Below are positions 12,895 to 22,315 of a DNA stretch of 39,413 bases, piece by piece; positions within the stretch are counted from its first letter, which is position 1; every line of letters begins with the position of its first letter. Position numbers and translations under genes: made by a program. The notes under the pieces are model-generated. The model saw nothing but the letters and a program-made list of their open reading frames with translations, did no database searches and was not told where the DNA came from. The DNA is from Pontimonas sp. (GTDB lineage Bacteria; Actinomycetota; Actinomycetes; Actinomycetales; Microbacteriaceae), in the NCBI GenBank assembly GCA_021741925.1, contig JAIOWW010000001.1, positions 1 to 39,413 on the forward strand. The letters run 5' to 3'.

Positions 12895-13479
12895 ATGAGC
12901 CACGAGCATGGAGCGCACCAGTTCACTGTGACAGATGTGCTTGAGCAACGCTGGAGTCCTCGAGCCTTCGCTCGTGATGAGGTCCTTGATCAGAAGCGAT
13001 TGGGACCTGCTTTTGAAGCGGCCAGGTGGTCACCCTCGTCGGGTAACTCGCAACCCTGGACATTCGTAGTGGGTTTTCGGGGAGATGACATCTTCCAGAA
13101 GATTGTGGGGACCATGGCCTCGGGAAATCACGTGTGGGCACAACACGCTGGTGCCGTGGTCGCCAACGTAGCGTCTGTGGTCGATGCTGAGGGCAACCCT
13201 CAGTCCCATGCGGTGTATGACTTAGGTCAAGCAGTAGCGCACTTCAGTATTCAGGCCACGGCCGAGGGATTGATGGTTCACCAGATGAGTGGATTTGATG
13301 CCCAAACATTGGGGCGTGACCTGGATCTCGATTCTTCACAGCGTGTGGTCACACTGATGGTGGTGGGGTCACTCGGAGATCCCGCGGATCTTCCCGAGAA
13401 GCTCCAAGAGCGTGAGGCGCGTCCTCGGGAGCGTAAGCCGCTGTCGGAGATTGTGGTGGGAAGCGCTAACTACGCCTGA
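12895..13479 (+). CDS. Nitroreductase-family protein
   Basis: RWSPRAF, AARWSPSSGNSQPW and HQMSGFD motifs, C-terminal RKPLSE; RBS AAGGAA. Confidence 0.92.
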   Translation: MSHEHGAHQFTVTDVLEQRWSPRAFARDEVLDQKRLGPAFEAARWSPSSGNSQPWTFVVGFRGDDIFQKIVGTMASGNHVWAQHAGAVVANVASVVDAEGNPQSHAVYDLGQAVAHFSIQATAEGLMVHQMSGFDAQTLGRDLDLDSSQRVVTLMVVGSLGDPADLPEKLQEREARPRERKPLSEIVVGSANYA

Positions 13480-14534
13480 AGCTCAGTAGTAATCGTCTCG
13501 ACGAAAGCTTCGATGTCTGCCTCGGTGGTGTCGAAGGAACACATCCATCGGACTTCACCAGTAGCCCTATCCCAATCGTAGAAACGGAAAGTTTTCCGGA
13601 TTCGATCGGAAACCTCAGGCTTCAGCACGGCGAAAATAGCGTTGGCGTCCGTCGGGGCGCTAAAGCTCAACCCCGACACCGCGCCCGAGGCAATTCTGTT
13701 GTCCAAAGCGTCTCTCAAGTGCCTCGCCATGGTGTTGGCGTGGGTCGCAGACCGGATACCTAAGTCATTCTCGAAAAGCGCCAAGAGTTGCGCGCTCACA
13801 AAGCGCATTTTGCTGGAGAGTTGCATGCTCATTTTTCGCAGATAAATGAGTCCCTCGACCGCGTCGGGGTTGATAACCACGATGGCTTCTGCACCGATCA
13901 ACCCGTTCTTGGTGCCGCCCAAGCTCACGACATCGACTCCAGCGTCCTTGGTGAAGGCGGAGAAGGGGAGATTCAAACTTGCGGCAGCGTTCCACAGACG
14001 AGCACCGTCCATGTGGAGGAGCATTCCATGGTGGTGCGTGTAGTCGGCGATTGCTCTGATTTCGGCGGGTGTGTAGACCGTGCCGAGCTCTGAGCTTTGG
14101 GTGATGGAGACAACCGCCGGTTGTGCACGGTGCTCGTCACCAAAACCGAATGCCTCTATGGCAATGTCTTCCGGGGTGATCTTGCCTTCGTGATGAGGAA
14201 CTGTGAAGAGTTTCAGGCCTGACACTCGCTCTGGTGCACCACCTTCATCTGTGTGAATGTGGGCCAAGGAGCTGCAAATTACTGCGCCCCACCGCGGCAT
14301 CATGGCCGTGAGCGACAGGACGTTTGCCCCCGTCCCGTTGAAGACCGGAAAAACTTCCGCCTGAGGACCAAAGTTCTCTCGAATTACTTCGGTCAGTCGG
14401 GTTGTGTAGTCGTCTTCCCCGTAAGACACCTGGTGTCCCTCGTTGGCGTCGGCGATAGCCTGCAGAACTTCCGGATGAACACCGGCGTAGTTGTCGCTGG
14501 CGAATCCTCGCCATTGGGGGTCATGGAGTCTCAC
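13470..14534 (-). CDS. ltaE: Low-specificity L-threonine aldolase (PLP-dependent)
   Basis: FASDN, SYGED, GTGAN, LHMDGARL, GGTKNG (PLP lysine) and VRWMCSFDT motifs. Confidence 0.92.
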   Translation of the reverse strand: MRLHDPQWRGFASDNYAGVHPEVLQAIADANEGHQVSYGEDDYTTRLTEVIRENFGPQAEVFPVFNGTGANVLSLTAMMPRWGAVICSSLAHIHTDEGGAPERVSGLKLFTVPHHEGKITPEDIAIEAFGFGDEHRAQPAVVSITQSSELGTVYTPAEIRAIADYTHHHGMLLHMDGARLWNAAASLNLPFSAFTKDAGVDVVSLGGTKNGLIGAEAIVVINPDAVEGLIYLRKMSMQLSSKMRFVSAQLLALFENDLGIRSATHANTMARHLRDALDNRIASGAVSGLSFSAPTDANAIFAVLKPEVSDRIRKTFRFYDWDRATGEVRWMCSFDTTEADIEAFVETITTELQA

Positions 14535-14555
14535 GAGAACATCCTGACAGCTCTG

Positions 14556-15965
14556 CTAGCTCTGTGCGACGAGACCCGTGATGCCGGCGGTCGCCGCAAT
14601 GGTGGGAGCAAGTTTCTTGCCCAGAGCCTCATAGAACATCGATAGTGGGAACTCGTCGTCGTGAACGTGGTCAGTTATATCTGCTGGTGCCCCATCAAGA
14701 GGGACGGAGCCAGCGAGAAAGTGTGACGCCGGGTGTGGCGCCAACACGCCAGCAATCAGATCGTGAGCTGCAAGCCAGTGGACGATTTTGGGCCGGTCTA
14801 TGCTTCGCCAGTAAAGCTCGTTGATGCGGTCTGACAGAGCCACGACGACATCGGGCATGGCATCCCAGTCAAGGGTGAGTTGGGTGTCTGTCCAGTGCAG
14901 AACGCTGTGTTGGTGGAGCCAAGCGAACAAGAGTTGGCCGGCGACGCTGTCGTAGTTGCGCACCCGGGTCCCCGAGAGCGGGAAACGGAAAATCCGATCA
15001 AACACGACTGCATACAGGACAAGCTGGGCGTGCTTCCGGGTGATCGAATCAGTCTTCTTCGCGCGTAGCAGGGAGACTGCTTCGCGGAATGCTGTCAGAT
15101 CGCACCGGAGCTCCTCCAATCCGTACAGATAAAAAGGCATCCTTTGCTTGATCATGAAGGGGTCGAAGGGAAGGTCACCGCGCATGTGAGTGCGATCGTG
15201 GATGAGATCCCACATCACAAAGGTCTTCTCGCACAAGCCGGGGTCGTCGAGGAGCGCCTGCGCATCGGAGGGTAACTCTAGGTGAGTGATATCCACGGCG
15301 TGGCGGACCACAGAACGGAACCGTGCTGCTTCCCGGTCGGCAAAAATGCCTCCCCAGGTGAAGGGAGGCAAAGCAGCCGGCGTTCCGTCGGGGGAACCTT
15401 CGGGGACTCGAGGAGTGACCGCCACTGACTCCGGAAAGAGGACTGCAGAATTGGTGTCATACCCGGGGGTGTAGTCAAGGAATCGCAAAGGGACGAAGAG
15501 GGCGTTGCTGTAGTCGCCTGACTCTAGGGAGGCGACAAAGTCGGGCCAGATTGTTTCGCACAGAACGGCTTCGAAGTACCGGTTGGTCGAGCCGTTTTGC
15601 GTATACATCGGAAACACAACCAGGTGGGCTGTCCCATCAACCCGGGTGCGCTCGGGGTGGAAAAGCGATAAGGACTCGTAGAAGTCGGGAACACCGAAGC
15701 CGGAGGCTTCCCAAGAACGGCTGTCAGCAATCACCCTCGTGAGGTAGTCCTCATCGTGGGGAAAGAAGGGCACAAGTTCTGCGATGGCCTCGATGAGCGA
15801 ACCGACTGCTCGTCGCGCGACTGAGTGGTGCTTGGCAGCGAGAATGCTGCCGTCCTTAGCCTGGAGGCTCTGCAAGGTGGTGCAGGCTTCCTTGATCTGT
15901 ATCCACGACGAATGCTGGACAAGGTCTCTACCGTCAGTTGCAGCGCGTTCAATCACCATCGACAT
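14556..15965 (-). CDS. Conserved actinobacterial protein (DUF6421-like), putative zincin-like metalloprotein
   Basis: 469 aa with LVVFPMYTQNGS, GYDTNSAVLFPE, WDLIHDRTH and LEELRCD; RBS GGGAGG; 21 bp upstream of ltaE. The family name is from recall. Confidence 0.8.
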   Translation of the reverse strand: MSMVIERAATDGRDLVQHSSWIQIKEACTTLQSLQAKDGSILAAKHHSVARRAVGSLIEAIAELVPFFPHDEDYLTRVIADSRSWEASGFGVPDFYESLSLFHPERTRVDGTAHLVVFPMYTQNGSTNRYFEAVLCETIWPDFVASLESGDYSNALFVPLRFLDYTPGYDTNSAVLFPESVAVTPRVPEGSPDGTPAALPPFTWGGIFADREAARFRSVVRHAVDITHLELPSDAQALLDDPGLCEKTFVMWDLIHDRTHMRGDLPFDPFMIKQRMPFYLYGLEELRCDLTAFREAVSLLRAKKTDSITRKHAQLVLYAVVFDRIFRFPLSGTRVRNYDSVAGQLLFAWLHQHSVLHWTDTQLTLDWDAMPDVVVALSDRINELYWRSIDRPKIVHWLAAHDLIAGVLAPHPASHFLAGSVPLDGAPADITDHVHDDEFPLSMFYEALGKKLAPTIAATAGITGLVAQS

Positions 15966-16115
15966 AACGACCTCCCGCCGTGTTGAGGTCAGTGTAAAGC
16001 GCGGGTTTGGTGCGCATGGGTGTTTTGTGCGCCATCCTGGTGCGTCTTTTTCGGATGTTGCGCAACTTTATTGCGTGAACCCAGAATCCTGGGGAATAGA
16101 GCAGACTATTCCCTC

Positions 16116-17042
16116 GTGAGTGAAGTTTTCGTGGGGTTCGCGATCGTGACTCTTGTTGTTGCCACCGGTTATCTGACCGGTCGCAGCACAATCTTGGGTC
16201 CCACCGCCCTGGATGTTCTTTCCAAGGCAGCGTTTTTTGTGTTTTCCCCCGCCCTCCTTTTTATTGTGTTGGGTGACGCGGATATTCAGGTGTTGTTCTC
16301 CGCACTGCTCCCGGTATCAGCTGCCGCAGCCACTGTTGCGCTTGTCGTTTACGTCGTCGTTGCGCGACTAGCGAGAGTGAGAGGTGCTGGCAGGCTCACC
16401 GTCGGGGGGCTTGCCGCCTCCTACGTGAACTCCAACAACATTGGATTGCCCTTGGCCGCCTACATTTTGGGCGACCCAGCACTTGCTGCGCCGGTGCTGT
16501 TGTTTCAGCTGATTGTGATGTCGCCCATAGCCCTCACGATTCTGGACTTTAGCCATCAGGGTTCGCTTTCCGCCCGTCGCATCCTCTCCGGTCCGATCCG
16601 CAATCCATTGATTATTGGTTCGATGCTGGGCGTCCTGGTCTCCTGGTCCCAGGTCCAACTTCCCGACATCGTTCACGAACCTCTGGAACTGCTGGGGCAG
16701 GCAGCGGTGCCGACTTTGCTCTTTGCACTTGGTCTGTCGCTGGCATCCCAGCGTCTCTGGGAAGCACAGGAGTATCGAGTGGAGATTGCGGTGGCAGCAA
16801 TCGTCAAACTGATGGTGATGCCCTTGATCGCCTGGCTTCTAGGGGTTTTCGTATTCTCTTTGGCGCCTCACGCACTGTTCACGGTGGTGATTCTCGCGGC
16901 GTTGCCGAGTGCGCAAAATGTCTTCAACTATTCCCAGCGCTATGGCGTGGCCACGCCACTAGCCCGCGATTCGGTGGTTCTTACGACGTTGCTGTCATTG
17001 CCCATTCTGATGGGCTTGGCCTTCCTATTGGCTCCGCTCTAG
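16116..17042 (+). CDS. AEC (auxin efflux carrier)-family transporter
   Basis: About 10 TM segments, FFVFSPALLF, NSNNIGLP, NPLIIG and LPSAQN motifs; start moved to GTG 16116. Confidence 0.88.
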   Translation: MSEVFVGFAIVTLVVATGYLTGRSTILGPTALDVLSKAAFFVFSPALLFIVLGDADIQVLFSALLPVSAAAATVALVVYVVVARLARVRGAGRLTVGGLAASYVNSNNIGLPLAAYILGDPALAAPVLLFQLIVMSPIALTILDFSHQGSLSARRILSGPIRNPLIIGSMLGVLVSWSQVQLPDIVHEPLELLGQAAVPTLLFALGLSLASQRLWEAQEYRVEIAVAAIVKLMVMPLIAWLLGVFVFSLAPHALFTVVILAALPSAQNVFNYSQRYGVATPLARDSVVLTTLLSLPILMGLAFLLAPL

Positions 17043-17872
17043 AAAACCATCGGGCGATCGAAGTCGTCCTCTGCGCCCACCTCGATGACTACGGGAACGT
17101 GATCGCTCGGGCCATCACCCTGTCGTTGGTCGCGCTCAATGGATGCGTGGGTGACCTGCGAGGCAAAGCTTTCTGAGCCAAAGATGAAGTCAATCCGCAT
17201 GCCGTGATCTTTCGGGAACTTGCCTTGCTTGTAGTCCCAGTAGGTATAGCCGGAGGGAACCAGCGGGCGAACGGTGTCGTGAAGTCCAGCGTGATCCAGG
17301 AAAGCTTGCAGCGCGTTGCGCTCTCGTTCTGAAGTGTGGGTGGTTCCGGGAACTAAGAACGCTGGGTCGCCGACGTCAGAGTCGAGAGGGGCGATGTTGA
17401 AATCTCCACCGATTGCGACCGGGAGAGCCCCCGGTTTCCCCTGATAAGTGCGATAGTGCTCCCCCAAGGCCTCCAGCCAGCGGAGTTTGTACTCGAGGTG
17501 GGGGTCATCGAGTGCGCGACCGTTGGGAACATAGACCGAACAGAGGCGCATACCGTCCACTGTCGCGGAAATTGCGCGGGCTTCTTTCGCGGGTTCTTCT
17601 TCGGGGTTCTTCGTGAATCCTGGCATTCCGGCGAAACCCTGTTCAATGTCGTGCAGGGGAAGCCGAGACGCTATCCCGACGCCATTCCACTGGTTGAGCC
17701 CAAAGTGGGCGACCTCATACCCCGCACCCTCGAAATCCTCGAGAGGAAACTGGTCATCTCGGCATTTTGTTTCTTGCATCAACACGACATCGATATCGGC
17801 GTTGTGAAGAAAATCAATCACGAATGCTTTCCTGGTTCGAATGGAGTTGACGTTCCAGGTCGCGATTCTCAT
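17039..17872 (-). CDS. xth: Exodeoxyribonuclease III / AP endonuclease
   Basis: MRIATWNVNS, QETK, SVYVPNG, GDFN, RID and SDHVP motifs. Confidence 0.96.
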   Translation of the reverse strand: MRIATWNVNSIRTRKAFVIDFLHNADIDVVLMQETKCRDDQFPLEDFEGAGYEVAHFGLNQWNGVGIASRLPLHDIEQGFAGMPGFTKNPEEEPAKEARAISATVDGMRLCSVYVPNGRALDDPHLEYKLRWLEALGEHYRTYQGKPGALPVAIGGDFNIAPLDSDVGDPAFLVPGTTHTSERERNALQAFLDHAGLHDTVRPLVPSGYTYWDYKQGKFPKDHGMRIDFIFGSESFASQVTHASIERDQRQGDGPSDHVPVVIEVGAEDDFDRPMVF

Positions 17873-17907
17873 GAAGCAAGCCTAAAGCGCGGAGCTAGAC
17901 TGGTGCT
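17873..17907. promoter_or_regulatory. Back-to-back leaderless promoters for xth and pyrE
   Basis: Minus strand TAGGCT-N6-ATG (17884-17879); plus strand TAGACT-N6-GTG (17896-17901). Confidence 0.75.
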
Positions 17908-18453
17908 GTGGCCAGCGCGAGAGAACAGCTCATCAAGTTCATCTCCGAGGAAGCTGTTCACCACGGCGATTTCACTCTGACCAGTGGACAAAAGGCGACC
18001 TTTTACATCGACCTTCGCCAGGTAAGCCTCGATCATCGAGTCTCTCCACTGATCGGCGAGGTGATGCTCGAATTACTGGACGAGTTTGAACCCATTGACG
18101 CCATTGGGGGGCTCACGATGGGAGCTGATCCCATCGCCACCGCGATCATGCATCGCGGAGTACTCGCCGGAAAGACCTATGACGCACTCGTGGTGCGTAA
18201 GGAACCCAAAGATCACGGCAGGGGGCGCCAAATCGAGGGGCCAGATGTCCGAGGAAAGCGCATCATCGTGGTAGAGGACACCTCCACCACAGGCGGGTCA
18301 CCTTTGACTGCGGCCCGAGCGATTGAAAAAGCGGGAGGCGAAGTGGTGGCTGTGTGTGTGGTGGTGGATCGCAACACTGGGGCTGACCGCGTGATTGAAG
18401 AAGCCGGGTACCCCTACCGAGCCGCTCTGGGACTTGGTGACCTGGGTTTGTGA
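17908..18453 (+). CDS. pyrE: Orotate phosphoribosyltransferase
   Basis: GDFTLTSG..ATFYIDLR, VRKEPKDHG and PRPP-binding VVEDTSTTGGS motifs. Confidence 0.96.
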   Translation: MASAREQLIKFISEEAVHHGDFTLTSGQKATFYIDLRQVSLDHRVSPLIGEVMLELLDEFEPIDAIGGLTMGADPIATAIMHRGVLAGKTYDALVVRKEPKDHGRGRQIEGPDVRGKRIIVVEDTSTTGGSPLTAARAIEKAGGEVVAVCVVVDRNTGADRVIEEAGYPYRAALGLGDLGL

Positions 18454-19062
18454 ATGACTGACCAGATCGAGCGCGAGAGCACACCCCCAAAACCCCGCCT
18501 CACAGACACCCCTCGTGGCCAGACTATTTTCGTGAGCCTCTGGGTGATCGGAACACTCGTCACTCTGGGAGTGTGGGTTGTGGCCTTTCTCTGGGGTCAG
18601 AGCGTGGGGGCACCCCAGGAAGACGTAGTTGTCGAGGTCGTGGACACGGCACCACCCGAGGTGGAATTCCCCGATTTGAGCCCACCCAGCCTCGCTCCAG
18701 GGACATGGGAGTGGCGTGAACTTCGTGGCGGGGAGTGCCTCACCCCGTTCTCTGATGCATTCGCCGAGGAGTTCCAGGTGGTGGGATGCAGCTCTCCCCA
18801 CGCAGCTCAACTAGTGCACGCAGAACTTCTCTCCGTGGACCCGGAGGAGCCCTACCCCGGTGATGCAGCTGTTCTCGCAGCAGCGCGCGAAGCGTGTGAT
18901 GTTCGCGATCTGATTGACATCGAGGTCGCCAAGAATTACAGCGACTTGCGCACTTCTTACGCTTACCCCGTGAGTAGTGCTCAGTGGGATGTCGGCGAGC
19001 GAGGGGTCTACTGCTTTGTCTATTCCGAGAGCGGGGAGACCTTCACGACGTCTCTGCGTTAG
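18454..19062 (+). CDS. Membrane-anchored septum-formation-family protein
   Basis: One N-terminal TM segment followed by the Cys pattern LRGGECL...VVGCSSPH...C...YP....W..GERGVYC. Confidence 0.72.
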   Translation: MTDQIERESTPPKPRLTDTPRGQTIFVSLWVIGTLVTLGVWVVAFLWGQSVGAPQEDVVVEVVDTAPPEVEFPDLSPPSLAPGTWEWRELRGGECLTPFSDAFAEEFQVVGCSSPHAAQLVHAELLSVDPEEPYPGDAAVLAAAREACDVRDLIDIEVAKNYSDLRTSYAYPVSSAQWDVGERGVYCFVYSESGETFTTSLR

Positions 19063-19904
19063 GACAGGTAAGGAGCAAGTCTTTGTTCCATGATGGCCAG
19101 AGCTTCGGGATTGGAATCCATGACCACAAACTTCCTGCCCAACTCTCCAGCTGCATGGCCCGTGGTGCCACTACCCGCGAACGGGTCCAGCACCCAGTCC
19201 CCTGGCCTGGATGAGGCTCGAATAATGCGCGTGAGGATACCTAAGGGCTTTTGCGTGGCATAGCCGGTCTTTTCTTTCCCGGTGGGGGACACAATCGTGT
19301 GCCACCAGACATCGGTGGGGAGTTTGCCTCTGGCGGCTTTCTCTGCGCTCACTAGGCCGGGAGCCATGTAGGGCTCACGGTCGATCTCGTCACTATTGAA
19401 AATGTAGGCCGCGGGATCTTTGACGTACACCAGGATGGTGTCGTGTTTTGTGGGCCAGCGAGTTTTTGACTTAGCGCCATAGTCGTAGGCCCAGATGATC
19501 TCGTTCAGAAAATGGTCACGACCGAAAATCTGGTCCAGCGCAACCTTCGCGTAGTGCACCTCTCGCCAATCAAGGTGGACATAGAGCGTGCCCTCGGGTG
19601 AGAGCAGGCGCCAGGCTTCGACCAACCTTGGCCCCAGAAATGCCCAGTAATCGGCGAAGGAATCGTCGTAACTGGTGATGGATTCCAGGGTGAAATCATA
19701 GGTGCGGCCGCCAAAACCGTGGCGAGAAGAATCCGATGACGCCACGACAGAGGAGGTGGTGCGTTGCTGGGTTCGACCGGTATTGAAGGGCGGATCCATG
19801 TAAATGAGAGTGAAGGCACCATCGGGCAGAGACTGCATCAACTCCAAATTGTCGCCTGCGAGAAGGCGTGAGGGGCCCTCGGGGCGAAAGTCGGAATCTG
19901 GCAC
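19059..19904 (-). CDS. Orphan N6-adenine/N4-cytosine DNA methyltransferase (beta-type motif order)
   Basis: Catalytic IYMDPPFN near the N-terminus, YATQKP, and SAM-binding VLDPFAGSGTT near the C-terminus. Confidence 0.92.
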   Translation of the reverse strand: MPDSDFRPEGPSRLLAGDNLELMQSLPDGAFTLIYMDPPFNTGRTQQRTTSSVVASSDSSRHGFGGRTYDFTLESITSYDDSFADYWAFLGPRLVEAWRLLSPEGTLYVHLDWREVHYAKVALDQIFGRDHFLNEIIWAYDYGAKSKTRWPTKHDTILVYVKDPAAYIFNSDEIDREPYMAPGLVSAEKAARGKLPTDVWWHTIVSPTGKEKTGYATQKPLGILTRIIRASSRPGDWVLDPFAGSGTTGHAAGELGRKFVVMDSNPEALAIMEQRLAPYLS

Positions 19905-19942
19905 AGGGGACAGGTTATCGAAAGGGTGCCTAGGCTAGGTGG
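19905..19942. promoter_or_regulatory. Back-to-back leaderless promoters for the DNA methylase and the TrmH-family gene
   Basis: Minus strand TAACCT-N7-GTG (19917-19912); plus strand TAGGCT-N6-GTG (19931-19936). Confidence 0.7.
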
Positions 19943-20581
19943 GTGCTGGAAGACAACCCCCATCCCGAAGCCACTACCTGGGGCGTGGGGCCGTGGCAAG
20001 GAGAGCGGCCGACGGGTGATCACTATGACCAGGAGTTATTGGACCAGGGTGACTCACGAAACGTTGTGGACAAATATCGATACTGGTCGATGGACGCGAT
20101 CATCGAGGATTTGAACACCAAACGGCACCCTTTTCATGTGGCGATCGAAAACTGGCAGCACGATTTGAACATCGGTTCCATCGTGCGTAGCGCCAATGCT
20201 TTTCTGGCTGACACCGTGCATATCGTCGGACGGAAGCGCTGGAATCGGCGAGGAGCGATGGTGACCGACCGGTATCAGCGGGTCATGCACCACCCCACGA
20301 TTGAGGATCTGGTGGGGTATGCCACGACCCATAACCTCCCGATTGTTGCGGTTGACAACGTGGAGGGCTCGAAGCCCATTGAAACGACAACCCTGCCCCG
20401 GGATTGCATCATCCTTTTTGGCCAAGAAGGACCGGGCCTTTCTCCCGAAGCACTACATGCGGCGGATATGGCCGTGGAAATCACCCAGTATGGGTCCACG
20501 CGTTCTCTCAATGCCAGCGCGGCAGCTGCCATCATCATGCACCGCTGGGTGATGACTCACGCCGATTTACCGGAGAGCTGA
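19943..20581 (+). CDS. TrmH/SpoU-family (SPOUT) RNA methyltransferase
   Basis: NIGSIVRSANAF, LFGQEGPGLS and ITQYGSTRSLNA motifs. Confidence 0.92.
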   Translation: MLEDNPHPEATTWGVGPWQGERPTGDHYDQELLDQGDSRNVVDKYRYWSMDAIIEDLNTKRHPFHVAIENWQHDLNIGSIVRSANAFLADTVHIVGRKRWNRRGAMVTDRYQRVMHHPTIEDLVGYATTHNLPIVAVDNVEGSKPIETTTLPRDCIILFGQEGPGLSPEALHAADMAVEITQYGSTRSLNASAAAAIIMHRWVMTHADLPES

Positions 20582-22315
20582 CTATCTCGGTAGTGAGGAG
20601 CTCTCGAGGCGCACGAGCAACTGGGTGAGACCATTCGCGGTCCTCACCAGACTCCACTTGTCCGGGGCATAGAGATTGAGGTGGGCCGTGCCAAGCCCCG
20701 CCCTGCCGCTCTGCTTTGCCTCTCCATTGTTCTGAATCGTCACCATGAGTGCCCCTGGCTCACGAGAGAAGCCGATACGAATCCAATCCGCCTTCCCATG
20801 CCGGACAGCGTTGTTGACGGCATCGACGACGATGGTGTGAACCGCGGTCACATAAGCGTCTTCCACGGTGGAGAGAGGCTGATCGAGAGCGATGTCGACC
20901 AATGCGCCCCAGTTGTGCACGAATTTCTCGAGGTCAACCCGGGAATCTGCCGCGAGAGGAGTGACACCCTGCGATTCCTGGAGGATTTCTCGCAGGGACT
21001 GTATCTCGAGAGCTGCAGCACGAGTATTTCCGCGTGCTATCTGATCCTGAAGCTTCAAGATTGCTGCAAGGAAATTCCCTCTCACGTCGCCGTGGAGGCG
21101 GTTTGCGATTTTGTGTGAAAGGACTTTCAGTTGACTCTCCACGTGCAGCTTTTCCAGCGTGGTGCTGTCCAACGAGCGCTTGAGACTGGAGAGGATGCGT
21201 TCACGAGCACTTTCCACTGACGAAGGTAGAGCCGTGGATAGCGCCAAAAACACAGAGATAGCGTGAACGCTGACCACCCGCCACGGAAATTCCGCCTCTT
21301 GATCCCACGAATCTGCCAGAACAAGAAGGGGAATCGACGAAAAAACGAGAAAAGTCACCACAACAAGGAATGCGGGAACGGCGTATTTCTGAAGCGAGGG
21401 CAACAGCCAATTCCCGAGAGCCCCCACTGTCAGGGCGCTCGCCGTCCAGAGACCGACAAGCAGGGCGCCAACAGTTGGGTCAAACACTCGGTTGTACAAG
21501 AGGATGAACAGGAACGCACCGACAAGAACGAGGTACAGGAGTCGAAAAGGTCGAGTCGTTGCCCAGAGTTCCAGTATTTCCCGCAGCCGAATTCTTGGAG
21601 CTTCCGAGGGTGCGGCATCCCAGAGGTCTTGACTGATTCTTTGCCAGGTTGAATCGGAGAGCTCGCGCAGATCGTCCAGGGCGGGCAGCGCCTGAGAGTT
21701 CGAGGTCAGTGACTCCTCTAATTGATCGAGAGCGTCGATTGTTGCGTCGTTAGATTCTTTGAGCTTCTTGTCAACCTTCGCCACCAAAGCTTCTTGCATG
21801 GTCGCAACGGCAGCTCGGTGCGCGGAAAGCTGTTCTTCACCATGCAGCAAAACATCAAGGACCTGTGCGCGCGCAACTGAAAACCTCTCGATGGCTTCCA
21901 GAGCGTACGCTGCGACAGCGAACCCCGTAATCGCTATGAGAGCGGAAAAGACGATGCGCTGCTGTGTAGGGATGACATCCTCGAGACCAAACGCAGTGAG
22001 CCCGACCACAAGAACCACTGCTCTGGCCGCACCCGCCAGACCCCAGACGGCGATGACCAGCCCCAGAGGAGCTGGGTCTTGTGCACGGCGGCGCAGAACA
22101 GTCAGATGTGCGATCAGAAAAACAAATCCCAAGCCAACATGACCCATGGTCGCGACGACAGCAATACTCAGGGCGTTTTCCCATGACGCATACGTCACGT
22201 CCTCGTTGAAAAGAAATCCCAGAATCAAGAACGGTGAAGCCAACAGGTAGGCAGTCAGTGAAATCGCCCATCGACCTCGGACTCGAGATGATGCCTCGCC
22301 CCAGCGGCTCGCCAC
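20582..22315 (-). CDS. Polytopic membrane sensor with a divergent HisKA_3-like/HATPase C-terminus
   Basis: Two TM blocks; IANRLHG H-box-like motif, DAVNNAVRHG N-box and GLG G2-like motif; 1-nt overlap with the regulator gene. Confidence 0.75.
   Translation of the reverse strand: MASRWGEASSRVRGRWAISLTAYLLASPFLILGFLFNEDVTYASWENALSIAVVATMGHVGLGFVFLIAHLTVLRRRAQDPAPLGLVIAVWGLAGAARAVVLVVGLTAFGLEDVIPTQQRIVFSALIAITGFAVAAYALEAIERFSVARAQVLDVLLHGEEQLSAHRAAVATMQEALVAKVDKKLKESNDATIDALDQLEESLTSNSQALPALDDLRELSDSTWQRISQDLWDAAPSEAPRIRLREILELWATTRPFRLLYLVLVGAFLFILLYNRVFDPTVGALLVGLWTASALTVGALGNWLLPSLQKYAVPAFLVVVTFLVFSSIPLLVLADSWDQEAEFPWRVVSVHAISVFLALSTALPSSVESARERILSSLKRSLDSTTLEKLHVESQLKVLSHKIANRLHGDVRGNFLAAILKLQDQIARGNTRAAALEIQSLREILQESQGVTPLAADSRVDLEKFVHNWGALVDIALDQPLSTVEDAYVTAVHTIVVDAVNNAVRHGKADWIRIGFSREPGALMVTIQNNGEAKQSGRAGLGTAHLNLYAPDKWSLVRTANGLTQLLVRLESSSLPR

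Noticed and set aside
16020-16115. N-terminal extensions in the ORF track (AEC here; also MFS, dnaK, second cyclase subunit, purL, purF, second crcB)
   Set aside because: Downstream starts fit the RBS, leaderless -10 spacing, stop-start overlaps or conserved N-termini better.
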